A model generated the notes under the pieces. The model saw only the letters and a list, made by a program, of their open reading frames with translations, made no database searches and was not told the DNA's origin. Positions 47,130 to 60,848 of a DNA stretch of 64,000 bases are shown here, in pieces. Every line of letters begins with the position of its first letter. The stretch's first letter is position 1. Source of the DNA: Saccostrea echinata (taxonomy: Eukaryota); the NCBI RefSeq assembly GCF_033153115.1, contig NW_026889790.1, positions 4,650,001 through 4,714,000 on the forward strand, written 5' to 3'. The position numbers and the translations under genes were made by a program.

Positions 47130-50100
47130 TGTATTTGAGAAATATAGAGTATTCATTTAATTTCTTTTTTAAAAACATACATATCTATGACATGTACAAT
47201 TAAAATTAAACTTATTACACGATTTAGACGCATAAACTTCATTTATTAGAATAAATTCAAAATGATTTATATATTTAGAATAATTATTAAGTAAATTGTT
47301 CAATAAACTTTGATTAGATGGATACGAAAAGGCAATAATATCAGAAAGATATTATCTCCACAATTTCATTATACTGTACTGTACAAGTATAATATAGTAT
47401 AGGTGAAAGCTGTTAAAGGAGATTAAAAATGATAAATCTATGATTTAGAACAAATTTCACTAAAATTACAATGGAAAATGCTAAATAATTGCATGCCCAA
47501 ACTTATTTGTCAGCTGAGGAAATACTCACGATCGCATTTCAATTTTTAGACAGTCGCGGAAGAGTGTGTTTCTTTCCCATGCATGAGAAAGGAATTAATG
47601 TGACCACTAATTCTCATATCTAAATCTAAATGGCAATGGGTGCTCAGGACGTGGTACAATTCTTACAAGTAAATCTCAACCATGACAAAAAAATAAATAA
47701 ATAAAAAGAAAAAAATTAAGTTAAAACTTGTATTGTTGAAATTTTACTATAGCTTGCCTGAGCTAAAAAAATAAATCAATTGAAATTTTTCTGATCAAAC
47801 TATCGTCTGTTGTTGTGAACTTCTTACATTTTCGACTTTTGGAGAACAACGGTAATTTTTTATCAAAATTGCCACAGCATTCTTATGTGAAGGGGATTCA
47901 CGTTTGTTCACGACCCTTCAAAGGGAAGATAGTTTAGAAATACATGTAGTGAAAATAGAGTAGTACCATTTAAAGAACCAATGTAGCAGAAGAGATAAAA
48001 TTTAAGATGAGAGTATACTAATATCAAAGTTTGTTCAAATTCTGACTCCTGTGCGAAGATGGGGTCGCAAAGGGGGGGGGGAGAGAGAGAGAGAGAGTTT
48101 AATGTATTGTAACGACTTTAGTGTAAAATTACTCATGGCAACATAGAAAATGCATCTGTAGAGAAAAAAAATCTTCCAAAAAATTTTCTTATGAACATAA
48201 TGACTATCACTAGTCAGTATGTAAACACAAACATGCCGTGAAGATTTAAGTTTGTTAAATAAAAAACGTGAAGAAAAGAAACAGGGATCAATCTCATAAG
48301 TTATGTCAGATTATGTTTCGTGGGACTAGGATAGGATCACAAAAGGGAACCAACCCTTGACAAAGGAATATATTGGTAAAAATTCTGATTAAAAACGGCA
48401 GGGCTTTAGTCATTTTGATTGACCAAAATCCCAATATAGGGTAAAATTTACCCGGTAAATTCAACTTTGGTTTCGCCATTGCCCCCCGGGTTAAGTGGGG
48501 CTACAATGTGGGTCACTGTTTTACATACGGATATACCACAGGCACTTGTTTCTGTAATAAATTTTTTAACCCATAGTATAATAATAACAAAAGGTATCTA
48601 ACTTCGAATAACATGGAGTATCCACCCTGCCCAGAATCACAGTCATTTACACTTTCAGAAGAAAATGTACGGGCAAACTGTTAATTATCATTGTCCTCTA
48701 TAATAATTTATCTACACAACCATACATGGCATGCTTGTCTTCATTTCCTTTTATCTCTATAAACAGCGTCAAAACTCTGCTTGTCGACGGGAAAATTTGT
48801 CTCAGAGAAGTGCCTGTGGGGTATGCTGAGAAATTCTTTAAATATCTTATACACAGTACGGTGACAATTAGTCATATCGTTTATCAACCATCTCCATATA
48901 GTGTAGATTTAAATTTTACTTAGGACGAGGGTTTGGCCACAATGGGGATCAAATTTTCACATGGGAATAAACAGGAAAATTTGTTAAATATCTAACTGTC
49001 AAAAACAGCACGGCTAAGGTAATTCGGGTGAGCATTGTGACCCATGGGCCTCATGTTTTCTTTTCTTTCAGTGAAACTTAAAACTGTCTTTTTTCTTTGA
49101 TGTGCCTTTTCATAATGTCGGAGCGACATATTAGTATTGTTGTTGCTAGATCGCAAATATTCTCGCAGAGGGCTTGGTCAATCTTGAGGAAACTTCAAAG
49201 GAATGATAATCACCAAGTCTAGCTGTGCTTGCTGCATTTTAAATTCTAAAAATGACCAATTGTACCGTTGCCATGGAAACATACGAAGTGTGCAATTTTT
49301 TTTAATTTCATTTTTCTCAATAACTGTTCAGTGAAATGAATCTTTTTGAAACTTATAGTGAGTGTTCATGGCAGCGTGTCAAAGTAGTTTCTGCAAAAAA
49401 TTATAGCGAGCGCCGCTCGTCACTGCGAGCTCTAACGACAACGCCTGGGCGAAGAGAAAATTCGGACTTCTGCACATTCATTCAATAGAATTTTTTTCCG
49501 CAGTAATTCTGACCCACAATGCATCGCTTCTTGTTCTCGCTGCTAACTTCGTTCACGCGGTGACAACAACTGAATTTCACAAAAAATAAACTCACCTTAA
49601 TTAATGGCTATTGCATGCAGATAGTAGATTAAACGTTCTTTGTTAAAATATTTGCACTTTTTTAAACTTTGTTTATGGAAATGCAGCTAACATACGACGT
49701 CATGTGACGTCACAGTCTAGACATTCCAAATGAAGAGGCGGATCTTAAAATGAAGTGAACAATGCGCTCGCCCCAACGGTCGCACCGTCAACATATTAAT
49801 CGGTTTGACGAAGTTTACGCGGTAGCCATGGAAAGAAAACTAGTAACACTTCGCTTTTTCATTTTGGAGGTAGCTGTCACATGACCATTGTGTATTGTCA
49901 ATGTTCAGCTGAGTGGTCTTGTGAAATACAGCTAATGTTTTACGGTGTGACCCTTGGGGCGAGCGCAGTTGCCTATACACAGCTTACACTTGTAACGTTG
50001 ATCCGCCTCTTCAAACATCAAACCGCACGAGATACAGTCTTGACTGTGACGTCACATTACGTCGGAATTTACGGAGACAGCTGAGCGTCTGGTTAAACAA

Positions 50101-50674
50101 GACTACAGATTTAATGAAATACGTTGTAGAGTAGATGCAATTATTTTTTGTTTCTTTTAAGCTCTCTGCAAAGAAACAAAAGTAAAAGTATCTCTTGGTA
50201 AGGGAACAATTATCCATGGTCTTTTACATGTTTTGTAATAATTTCGCATGGAATCCTGGTAGAGAAGGAATTCTGGGAATGTTGCACAAGAAAACTTGCC
50301 TGACGAATGTACAGATTTCATTCCGAATTTCCTCCGTTCTTCCATGTTAATCTATTGAGCTCGCTCTTGTGCGTGCTTGCTTACCTCACTTTCATCAAGT
50401 CCAACACTGAGGCGTTTGGATCATTTCGGGGTGACATGTGTAGATAAGAATCATATAATTATTGTAACTTGTACAGATTTTATCGTGATATCAAATACAC
50501 ATGCATACATACATACATTTTAACTAAATTTATGTACATGTTTATCTAAATGTGTATAAATATAGCACATACGTTCTCCAACTATAGGTAAGTGGCAAAC
50601 ATGAAAAACGATCCATTCTTATCTGAAATCGAGGTAAAACCTGATAAACTGTCCTTGAATAGAAATCAAATTAA

Positions 50675-51460
50675 CAATATCGACGACGTATTGTCAATTA
50701 ACAATGGTGATTTCCATTTTTATATATATACCACTTGTTGTGGCCTTCAACTCGAACTTTAGATATATCGACGACGTATATTGTCTAACAATGGTGATTT
50801 CCATTCTTATATCGACACGATATACCCCGGTGACCTTGAGATAATAGATACCACAGGATCTGACACATCTGTTTCATATTTGGATATTTTATTAGAAAAA
50901 GACGTTAATGGTAATCTAACAACCAAGCTTTATGATAAACGTGATGACTTTAACTTTTCAATCGTCAACTTCCTATACTTATGCAGCAATATACCCTTAT
51001 CACCTGCATACGGGGTTTATATCTCTCAGTTGATTCGATACGCCAGAGCATGCTCTATGTATGAACAATCTCTAAAACGAGATAAGTTATTGACAAACAA
51101 GTTGATGAAACAAGAATATCAACAGTCTCGTTTAAAGTCATCATTTCGTAAGTTCTATGGTTGATACAATGACTTTGTCAGCAAATACAATCTATCATTA
51201 AGACAAATGCTGACTGACTTTTTTCATACTATTTGTTAGGCCATTATTTACACACTGAATTGCCGACGGATTTTGCCGTTATTCCCCGATCATGACATGG
51301 AGCACACGGCGGGTGTGACCGGTCGGCAGGGGATGCTCACTCCTCCATGGCACCTTATCCCACCTCTGAAGTTTTAGAGGTTCGTGGTTGCTCTGCTCTT
51401 ATTTTGAAATGTTTAATGGACTTTTGAGCTCGAATAGTGTCCCTTATCTCCACATGTTTC
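50675..51460 (+). mobile_element. 5'-truncated Penelope-like (Naiad-type) retroelement
   Basis: RYIDDVLS...YPGDLEI...KLYDKRDDFNFSIVNF...SQLIRYARACS plus the conserved 3' end; short 5' duplication. Confidence 0.87.
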
Positions 51461-51732
51461 ACTTTAATTATCCATAGCTTCCTTTTCATTGGGTCAAACA
51501 GAAAAAAAACAAAAGTCGTTGGTAATCAATTTCTCCTAAATAACATAATCTTGTTTACTAATTCTATTCTGTTTACAACATATGTCAGCTGTAATGCATG
51601 TAAAGCAACAAATATCTTTCAGTCTGTTTATAAAATACACAATTAATAAAACTATTGATATTAATTATAGACAGTTTAAAAGTTTCCAATAAACTGTTAA
51701 AATTGAAGGATGACATCAGAAGTCTGTAATTC

Positions 51733-54222
51733 TCAACAAGATTTTCTCCGTTTTTGTAGAAGCAGTGTTGCTGATCCACAGAAAGGACCATCCATGTTCG
51801 TTAGGTCGCAGCACTGTAGCGTTTCTTTTATCCTCTTGTAGGTAGCAGTTTTTATTTTGTGGTGCGGTATTTGTTTGAGGGATCGTTTGTATGAATTTAT
51901 AGCATCTTTATAATTTCCGGTGACATGTTGACATATTCCCAAGATCTGCCAAGCTATGTCTGTGTTCAGTATACACACTGTGTGCTCTAGGAGAAGATGC
52001 TGAAGGTTATCTAAGACTGCTTGTGCTTTCATCATGTCAAAATGTCTATAGCACAAGAACTGGAGCATGCGCAAGAGGACGATGTGTGGGATACTTAACG
52101 AATACTTCCGGTTCTGTAAACTACTTTGTTGCTCGATTATTAACTCATCGATATAACAGATCTTATTACTAAGTTTGATGTAATATGCTATAGCGTGTCC
52201 CATCTTTTTAAACAAAGGTTGCCCCCCTACAGCTTCTGTATAACTCGTATTTAAGGATAGCAAAAGCATTACATATGGCCTTGATAACTTGGTCTGTGCA
52301 ATTTCTAAAACTGATAAGGCTTTTTTGAATCTGAAACTCTTATAATAATGCATTGCAACGTACAGCAAGTCGGAGACGAAACCAAGGTTTGAGGCTATTT
52401 TGGTCATGTGACAGGATTTTGTTGTTGCTAAGTACAAAAATTTATTTTTCCTTGGGTTGATTAAGATGTTGCGTAAGATGAATGCAGCACTTTGTAAGAC
52501 GGTTGATGTAATGTACTGCAGCGTTAGAGCTTGAATTTCTGTTAACTGTAAGCCACACATTTGATGAACTGTGTTTAGGTACCACAAACAAACGCAAAAA
52601 GTTGGTGCTTGGAGTGAAGCAATGTTATATATGTCCGTGAATAGTTCCTTATCAAACATAACCTCTGAGATGCAACTGCATTCGTCTGTAGAAATAATTC
52701 TGGGATGAAAAAGGACATTCATCAGGATACATTTCACGGAGGGGCAGTCTAACAGGGACACCGTTCCTCTCTCATAGAACCCGTATAAGTAACGAAACAA
52801 GACTTCTTTTGCTGAGCCGTAGATTTTTGTTAAAAACATGTTGTTTTCAGGAATGAAAAAGTTTGAACAGACCCCTTCATACACCCATTTAATGATAAGT
52901 TTAAAGCAGACCCAAACGTTTTCAATGAGATTTTGAGGACACCAGATACACTGGGGATGTAGCTGAATTATACCCAAAAAAACCGCCGTCTTCATGTGAT
53001 ATGAAGAAAGTAATACACCAGTCTTAGGATGGATAACTTCTTTCAGGAACAACTTCAACAAACCGTAGGTCAAGAACTGACAGTGGCTCATAGAGGACAC
53101 CAGTTTCATTTCTGCGACACAGAATGAGATTCGCCATTCATTGATTTCATGACGTCCAAGTTTGTGGCCTATTGGTACAACGTGACATCCACTTCTGACA
53201 ATATCATAAACCACGTGAGGTTTGGGCCATGACTGACATCTGTCGACCCAACTGTAGGCCAAAGGGGGCCAAAGATCACAAGCAAAACCTTGAGCAGTGT
53301 CATATTCCAGATATCCACTGATATTGCCGCTACCACATGGTCCATGAATTGTAGAATTAGGAAACACCCTAGAGCAATTTATATGCCTGTACAAAGAACT
53401 TGATACATAGGGTCTGTTATTTATAATGACACATGCTGATAAGACCTCAGTTCTATTTGTTGGTGTCATTAACTGAAGCAACGTGTACCCTGGTGGACTG
53501 TCAGAGTAGAGGGCTAAAATGAGTTTGTGGATGGGCGTTTGGTAATACTGAGTCTGGGATAAGTCCCAGATCATCCGATGGTCATTTGGCCAGAACATGG
53601 CGTCTCTATCCAATCCTGGTAATCTAAATCCTTCACTGAAACTGCCAGCCCTCACGACACTGCGATCATCCATTGCTTTTGATTGGTTTCCTAGTATTTC
53701 CCCTACTTCCTTCACACTTCTCCTCATTTTGACCTGTTCTGACGTGCCCATAATTCCACAAAGTCCAAGAAACACCGATTCAGATACTGTCCTATGGATA
53801 CCAAATATTCTGGAAACAAAGAAATTGGCATCTACAGGTCAATCTCTCTATCTCTCTCTCTCTTAATGAAAATGTTAGCTTTAATTTGGAATAATTTGAA
53901 ATATAGCAATCCTAAACTGAAAATGCATATTATAGAAAAAATAAAGAAAGAGTAAATGGCAATTCTATATAGGATGGTGTTTTAAGAAAAGAAAAATAAA
54001 ATGTAAAGGACAAAATTAAAAAAAGAACATCTGGAAGAAAAATGATTCTCCCTTTCCACAGATATCTAGCAAGATTCGTATGACTAAAAAATAAGAACAA
54101 CCGTCAAGCTTGGTGATTTGCACTAAAATCATCGGTGAAATCAAAACTAAGGAAGTGTTTGTATGTATCAAATAATGTACAGTTTTTTAAAGTCGAAGAA
54201 TAATTTAAATCTTTTTTAACAT

Positions 54223-54270
<48 letters not shown>

Positions 54271-54300
54271 TTACATATTTTGAGGTATAGAGTCCTCCAT
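51733..54300 (-). CDS. cGAS-like receptor (Mab21/cGLR nucleotidyltransferase) with a C-terminal TPR-like helical region, ~700 aa, two coding exons
   Basis: Exon 1 54275-54300 (MEDSIPQN + AT|gtaagt) splices in phase 2 to exon 2 51733-53809 (ttccag|A). NTase motif GSFSEG...LDRD and downstream EYD; Mab21 motifs HVVPIG, EWRISF..AE, LSSYHMKT, NFFIPENNMF; TPR-like AWQILGICQHVTGNYKDAINSYKRSL. Confidence 0.88.
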
Positions 54301-55996
54301 CTTTACCTCTCATCAAATGGCGTCTTCGGCCGTTTTCGTCAAGTGATTTCTTGACGGAAAAGGCCGAATTGTTCCCTTTGCAAAAGAAGTTCCCCGCAGT
54401 GGGTACTGTAGCTATCTCTACCATTGGCGGATCCAGAGGGGGTTTCTAGGGGGTTGGGACCCCCGTTTATCTTTGATAATGAAAGAGAGAGAGAACGTAT
54501 TATTGTTATCTGGTATACTTAATTTTACTTTCAATATGTACGTTTTGAATTCAAGACTGTAGTTCAAAATATCTGATTAACCTCTTCCCATTTACCTGTT
54601 AAAGCCTGGAGGTACGGATCTTGTTTTAAGAAAAAACAACCGGAATTTGACTTTCGACTAATTGTAAGAGACATGCTTTGAAAGATTGCTTTAACATAAT
54701 AAATCTGATGTGTATCCAATTTTTATAAAGCATTTCATAATAAAATTGTATGCACTCTTCTTATTAAACGATGTGAAGCTCAACTCTCAGAATCTCCGAA
54801 ATATGATTGGTGAAGAGTGCCTCACTCACCTCGATGGATACCCGTTGTATAATTGTAATTACACTATACATAATTATATTGTTACTAATGTGACATATAT
54901 TGGTCTGATGGGCAGGTGTAACGATGAATTTTGACCGCGGTTGAAAACTGACCCCGGGGGTCTCATTTCAACGTTGAATTTTGAGACAAGCGGTGTGGAA
55001 TAAAGACCCTAGCCCGTTGAAAATTGAGCCGAATCGTTGAATTTTGATCTTCAAACCGGGTCTTAATTCAACAGCATAAAACATAATATGAATTATTGTT
55101 CACAATTCATTTAAGAATTACATTTGGATTAATATTTCACCGGGCCTGTAGAAACCACGGGAGGGGGCAGGGGATGGCCGTGTCCCGTGATATTTGCCAA
55201 TATATACTATGCAATAGGAAAAAAACTAATTTACAGTTATGGTCGTTATTAAAAGTGTCTGATGACCTTTTTTGTTTGATTGGTTTTTTTATTATTGTGT
55301 ATTTTTGCTTGCCAATGAATTTCTGTTTGGTTGCCCCCCCCCCCCCCCCGGAAATTTATTCCTATATGGACTGTTCACTGAATTTATTTTATACACTTAA
55401 CTATGCTCAATTCCAAATGGACCGCTTATACCAAACATGTAGCAAATCCCCAATGGTCTGACAATATTTAAAGGCGCGATAACTTATGCAAAATATATGA
55501 TTTTCTTAGCATAACCTGCCTGAACGATGATATATGATATTATTCCCCATTTTTGTTAAATTTTGGAAATTGTTCCTCTACTGTATGTAAAAATACTAGT
55601 GTTTTTATATACCGGTAGAGGGTCAGTCTGCAAAAATAAACAGAAAACGGGAAATAATATCAGTTATCAGAATTTACTACCCTATATATGAAGCTTGAAA
55701 ATTGGGAGTTACCTATAATTTTACACAACAGATGTGGGAGATCTTTTAGACTGTCAATTCCTAAAACACGCACCCGAAAATCAAAGAACAGGCTCCGTGA
55801 AATCTACCTATTTTTGGTATCGATTCATTTTATGCAATTCCACAAGCACCTGTGCTACAAATTCGTAAAATTTGGTAATCTTTTTCCAAGAAATGAAATA
55901 TAACTGACAAGAAAATGTCAAATACATTCAGGTAAATACTGGAATCTGGTTATTTCTGTTGTAGAATTTTGATGTCTCATTGTGGTATATATATAG

Positions 55997-56306
55997 GATC
56001 TCCCATGATTTGTAGTTGGATATGATTTTTATCCAACAAAATGTGTGTTTTTTATCCCCGAGCCTTGGCGAGGGGATAAAAACACACAACGAGTTGGATA
56101 AAAGTCATATCCAACTACAAATCATGGGAGATTCTTTTTATCCCATGTTATATACTTCACAACCAATGTTTTACACTGTTTTATATAGGACTCCACTTTA
56201 TTTTACTTCATCGCGCTAACGCAAAAACCGTTGTGACGTCACAACTGTGGATTATGAAAAAATTATCCAATGAGTCATATCCACGGGATAAAGGGGTAAA
56301 CATGGG

Positions 56307-56312
<6 letters not shown>
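55997..56312. mobile_element. Hairpin-headed non-autonomous element (putative Crypton-type), followed by (TA)n at 56312-56390
   Basis: Palindrome ~55997-56133 around CCCCGAGCCTTGGCGAGGGG. TTTTATCCCATGTT after it is inverted as AACATGGGATAAAA at the end. Confidence 0.6.
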
Positions 56313-56395
<83 letters not shown>

Positions 56396-58313
56396 CAACT
56401 ATTGTTCGATCTTGGGGACATGCTATTCTCGGCTAAAACATGATTGTTTATCTTACAATGTCAGCTTTAACGTTTCGCGTTTACTGTGTTACTGTATCAC
56501 CATTAGATTGGCACCCCTCTATAGAAGCCACGTCCACTAATGGACTGTGACACGGGGTTAATGGACTATACCAAGTTAATTTAAGGCAAAGGGTGACTCT
56601 CTTCAACGTTCATTGTTAACATTTTTACCTTTCAAATTTCAACTAAATGATGATGATGATAATGTGTGTCACGGTGCGTGTTAATATTTTAATTTAATGG
56701 AAGGTTGGTTAAAAATAAGATATAAGCTTCATTTAACATAAATCTCAATTGATTCCTTTTAAATTAAGTAAATAATTCAATGACCTGTGATTAGAGGAAA
56801 AAGAAAAGGCAATCATTCCAGAATGATGTTATCGTCAAAATTTTATAATATACTGCAGCTGTATAAATATAAAAGTCTTTATAAAAAAAAAATAGTAAAT
56901 CGAATATCAAATATATATTTAAATTAAGACAATTTATTTTTACACAGAAAAATGCCAAGACACGCCCACATTCATTTGTCAGCTGAGAAATACTTATGAT
57001 AGCATTTTCTTTTTTATAGACAACCGAGGAATTGAGTGTTTCGTTTCCGTGCATATGAAGGGAATTTATGTGACCGATTTTTCTCATACTTAAATCTAAA
57101 TGGCAGTGGTATAGTTCTCACGACAAGTAAATCTCAACCAGAGTAAAACAACCATGACAAAACAAAAGAGTAAAAGAAAGGTTTAACTAATACTTGTATT
57201 ATATTGACAAATAAATATATAACATAACTTTACTGAGCTGAAAGCTCTTGTGGCCTTTTCTTATCAAATAGCCTTTCGTATGTTGCCCTAACTTTTTCTT
57301 TCTTTTTTTAAAAAAAAAATATTTTTGACTAAACTTCCCAAAGCATTTTCGGATGAAGGAAATTTAAGTTTGTTCAGGCCTTTTCAACGGGAGAAATACA
57401 TGTAGTGAAAATAGGGTTATGCTATTTTCTTTGCAAGAAACTGTTCAAAACTTGACCCCTGAGCTGGATACGAGGCCGTTAATTTGTGTATTTTTTTTAA
57501 CTTGAATCTATCTAGGGAAAATCTCCATCTGGAACTCATAGAGATGTCAGATAAATTAAATTGACGTGAAAATATCATATGTTTTAAATTTTGAATTTAC
57601 TAGTGGGAGGTAAATTCAAAAATTTACAATACGATAAAACATGTAAAAACTCACCTATAGGGCTAGGGTGGGTCACGGAACGGGATAAAAGTTTTACATT
57701 GGAATGGTCATGTATATAGGAAAAAAATAGGGGTGGAGGGGGGGGGGGGTGCTGACTACAATCAGACATCAGTTTGACCCCTTGGCAAGAATTGGGAGAA
57801 AGCACAATGGAAGGAACATGTTACAGGGCAATATACATGCATGTACATGTGAAAATGTATGTAGTTAAGAATTTTTTCTTCTACTAAAGGTAGGTAAAAA
57901 AAAATAATCAACTAACTAATTGAAGTCAAATTCATACATGTTCCTTCGCAAACAAAAAATCTCTTTGTTCATAAGGTCGCGTTACTTACACAATTCCTTT
58001 AACTTTAAATGGATGTTTGAATGATTGTTGCTGTAGAATTAAGATCTTGCGGACTCCCTGTGATCTGATGGCGACATTAATTTGTCACAATTAACTGTGA
58101 ATCAAGTGATCTATCTTTTCCTTGTCAACATATCTTTGATCAGTGTACGAGCGGGATGATTTCTTTCTTTCCAAAAAAAAAAAAAAATGAATTGCTGAAT
58201 TTTTCCTTACACCTAGGGACTATTTGCTTGGAGAAAAAAAAGTTACATTCTATGTCAAATTTACTAACAATATAGTTAATGTGAAAAGTCTGGGAATATT
58301 AATTATTTCTTTA

Positions 58314-58630
58314 CAGGTCCGTAGAACGCGGGTGGGGGTGGGGTACTTTTTCTGAGCAGTCTTTCGCTATAATTTTCATGTAAATTTCCATTTAGGTGCT
58401 GCACCCCCCCCTTCTCCCAAACTCTTTGTTCCTGTAAAGTCGAGCACTCGCAAATTCCAGCATTTGAGAAAAAAAATATACCTAAAAGTTAGAGAAAGGC
58501 CCCCACCTCACATACATACATACGAAATAGGATTTTCGGGTATAGATAGTTTACGTTTTTTGTTTTTTGGCTCGTCAGATTTTTTGGAATGGTCCCCCTC
58601 CCGACTTTTAAAACCGTTGCTACGAGCCTG
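58314..58630. mobile_element. MITE (CAGGTCCGTAG...CTACGAGCCTG, TA flanks)
   Basis: Imperfect 11-bp TIRs with TA on both sides; same termini type as 42247-44420. Confidence 0.65.
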
Positions 58631-60479
58631 TATTGGCAAAAAATTAGATGTGCATATCCTATAATTGACAGTTTAATAAAATGAGCGTTTTATTTCACAG
58701 AGTATGAACATCTTTAAGCAAGAAACCTATTGTCATATATTTATCTTAAATTATCAAAAGGAAACAGCTTATAAAAGTTTCTCAAAAGTTTGCTTCCGAA
58801 TTCAAGCTTTTTATGTAATTACTAGCTGCTATACTTTAAAATGTTCTCATGAAATATTGTTTAACCAATGTTTCATCCTGACTTTTCGTCCAAAAAATCC
58901 AAGGACAGGGTTCTTCAGAGGACAGTGAAGGGACAGCCACAAGTATCTGCACTTTAAAAAAAAACTTGAATTTATGGTTTTGTTGACATCAAAGCAGACC
59001 CTGCTCCTTGAGAACTGACAATGATCTTGTGATCAAGTAAAATATCTTCATTTGAAAGAAAGTCCATGCCATACACACATTGAATAAAAACAAATATTTT
59101 AAAGTTATAACAATTTATTGAAATCTAATTGATAAATACTCACTAGACAGCAAAATTTACAGCTAAGACTAGATTATTAACGAAAAAATTCCTTTTTCAG
59201 GAAAAGTTGAAGTATTAAATGTTGAACACAGTTACTAAGTACTTAAATTATTGTAAAATCAACTTAAAATATAATAAGACAATGGACCTGAAACTAATTT
59301 GATTTTTGTGCAAGTTTTTGGTCTGTACCTTTCTGAGTTTGTTGATTGTTGAATAAACAAATGAGGTAAAAATATGTTAAGTGTATTATTGCAAAGACTA
59401 ACACATTCAAGATTTTCATAATACTGAATCACAAGGCAACATAGATGACTAAATCATCAACTCAGGAGCAATTAAAGGGTAAAACTATTGCACCAAAAAT
59501 ATACTGAAGTTGACATTTGAGCACTATCTTTGATAAAACATAATTCAATTATTTTTGTGAGCAAATGGTGGTCAGTGTGGAAATGAATTAGCCATTTCAC
59601 CAGTGTAATTATTGTCTTCATCAATTTATTGAACAGAAGAGGAAGAGTCATTTATATTGAATTTCAAAAAGGAAAAAGTTGAATATAATGAGAACAAAAA
59701 ATGAGATAAAAAAATATTCTTAGGAAAATATACAATGTAACAAAATATCTCTCTCTCAAAAATTAACAGTTTCAAAATAAATTGCATAGATTAACATGTT
59801 AACTCACAACCTGTGTTATGACTCAAAAATAACAGCAGTAATATACATATCAGGAGAACCAACAGGTGTAAAATACAGGTGTACGCAGAAAAAAAACAGC
59901 ATTTCATGCCGAGGGGGTGACACTTAGGTAACATTATTGGAAAGTATAGAACAACGATTTAACAAAAAATAAACATAATAAATATAAAAGATTTCTGACT
60001 AGAATATCTGCTTCTTAGTTGAGATTTAAACACATGAGATTATTCAATCTCTTCACAAATCTGTATCAAAAATTAATCAGTTCAATTCAAAATATTGCAT
60101 AACAATTCAAGCACGCAATACGCTATGAACTTCAAACGTACAAACTACTAGTAAATTTTACCTGCAGTTTAATAATTTTCAGGCAAATTCCACCTGCAAA
60201 TCAACAACTCTGATATAACAATTGATAATAAAGATAAGGGTTTTTCAGGCTTTACAGGTTTCATTACCTAAATAAAGCAAATGCATAAAAAAATATTTGT
60301 TACACAGATTTCTCTTAAAACTGTCATCTTAAAAATAAGATGCAAAATCTACAACACTTATAGTTCAGTGTTAAAAAAAGAAATGTACACTGTATAATAT
60401 TATTTAATGCCCCTAAAGAGCATTCAAAATAAATAATAAAGCCTCAACAGAAGTGGCCTAGTACATTATAGCACAAAAC

Positions 60480-60620
60480 AAGGCAGAATTCTTGTAACAC
60501 TAATAATTACTAGTGTAAAATGAATAAGGCAGAATTCTTGTAACACTAATAATAACTAGTGTAAAATACGTGTAAATAAGGCAAAATTCTTGTAACACTA
60601 ATAATTACTAGTGTAAAATA
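60480..60620. repeat. ~46-52-bp tandem repeat (3 copies) in the POMGNT1 3' UTR
   Basis: AAGGCAGAATTCTTGTAACACTAATAAT(T/A)ACTAGTGTAAAAT x3. Confidence 0.9.
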
Positions 60621-60848
60621 ATCAATTAATACCACAAGGATTAATCAAATATATGACAAACTAAAGCCTCCACAAAGAGAGGCATGGCAGCACGTCGCCA
60701 TCATCTACATATTTTAGGACATCTGTGTAGAGTTGTGCTTGATATCGACATGGCTACACACAATATGGTTACACAAGCTACAAAATTCTTCCTTCCACCG
60801 GTATGGTGATTTGTAGACTGTGGAAGAACCGAGTTCTAGATATTACCA

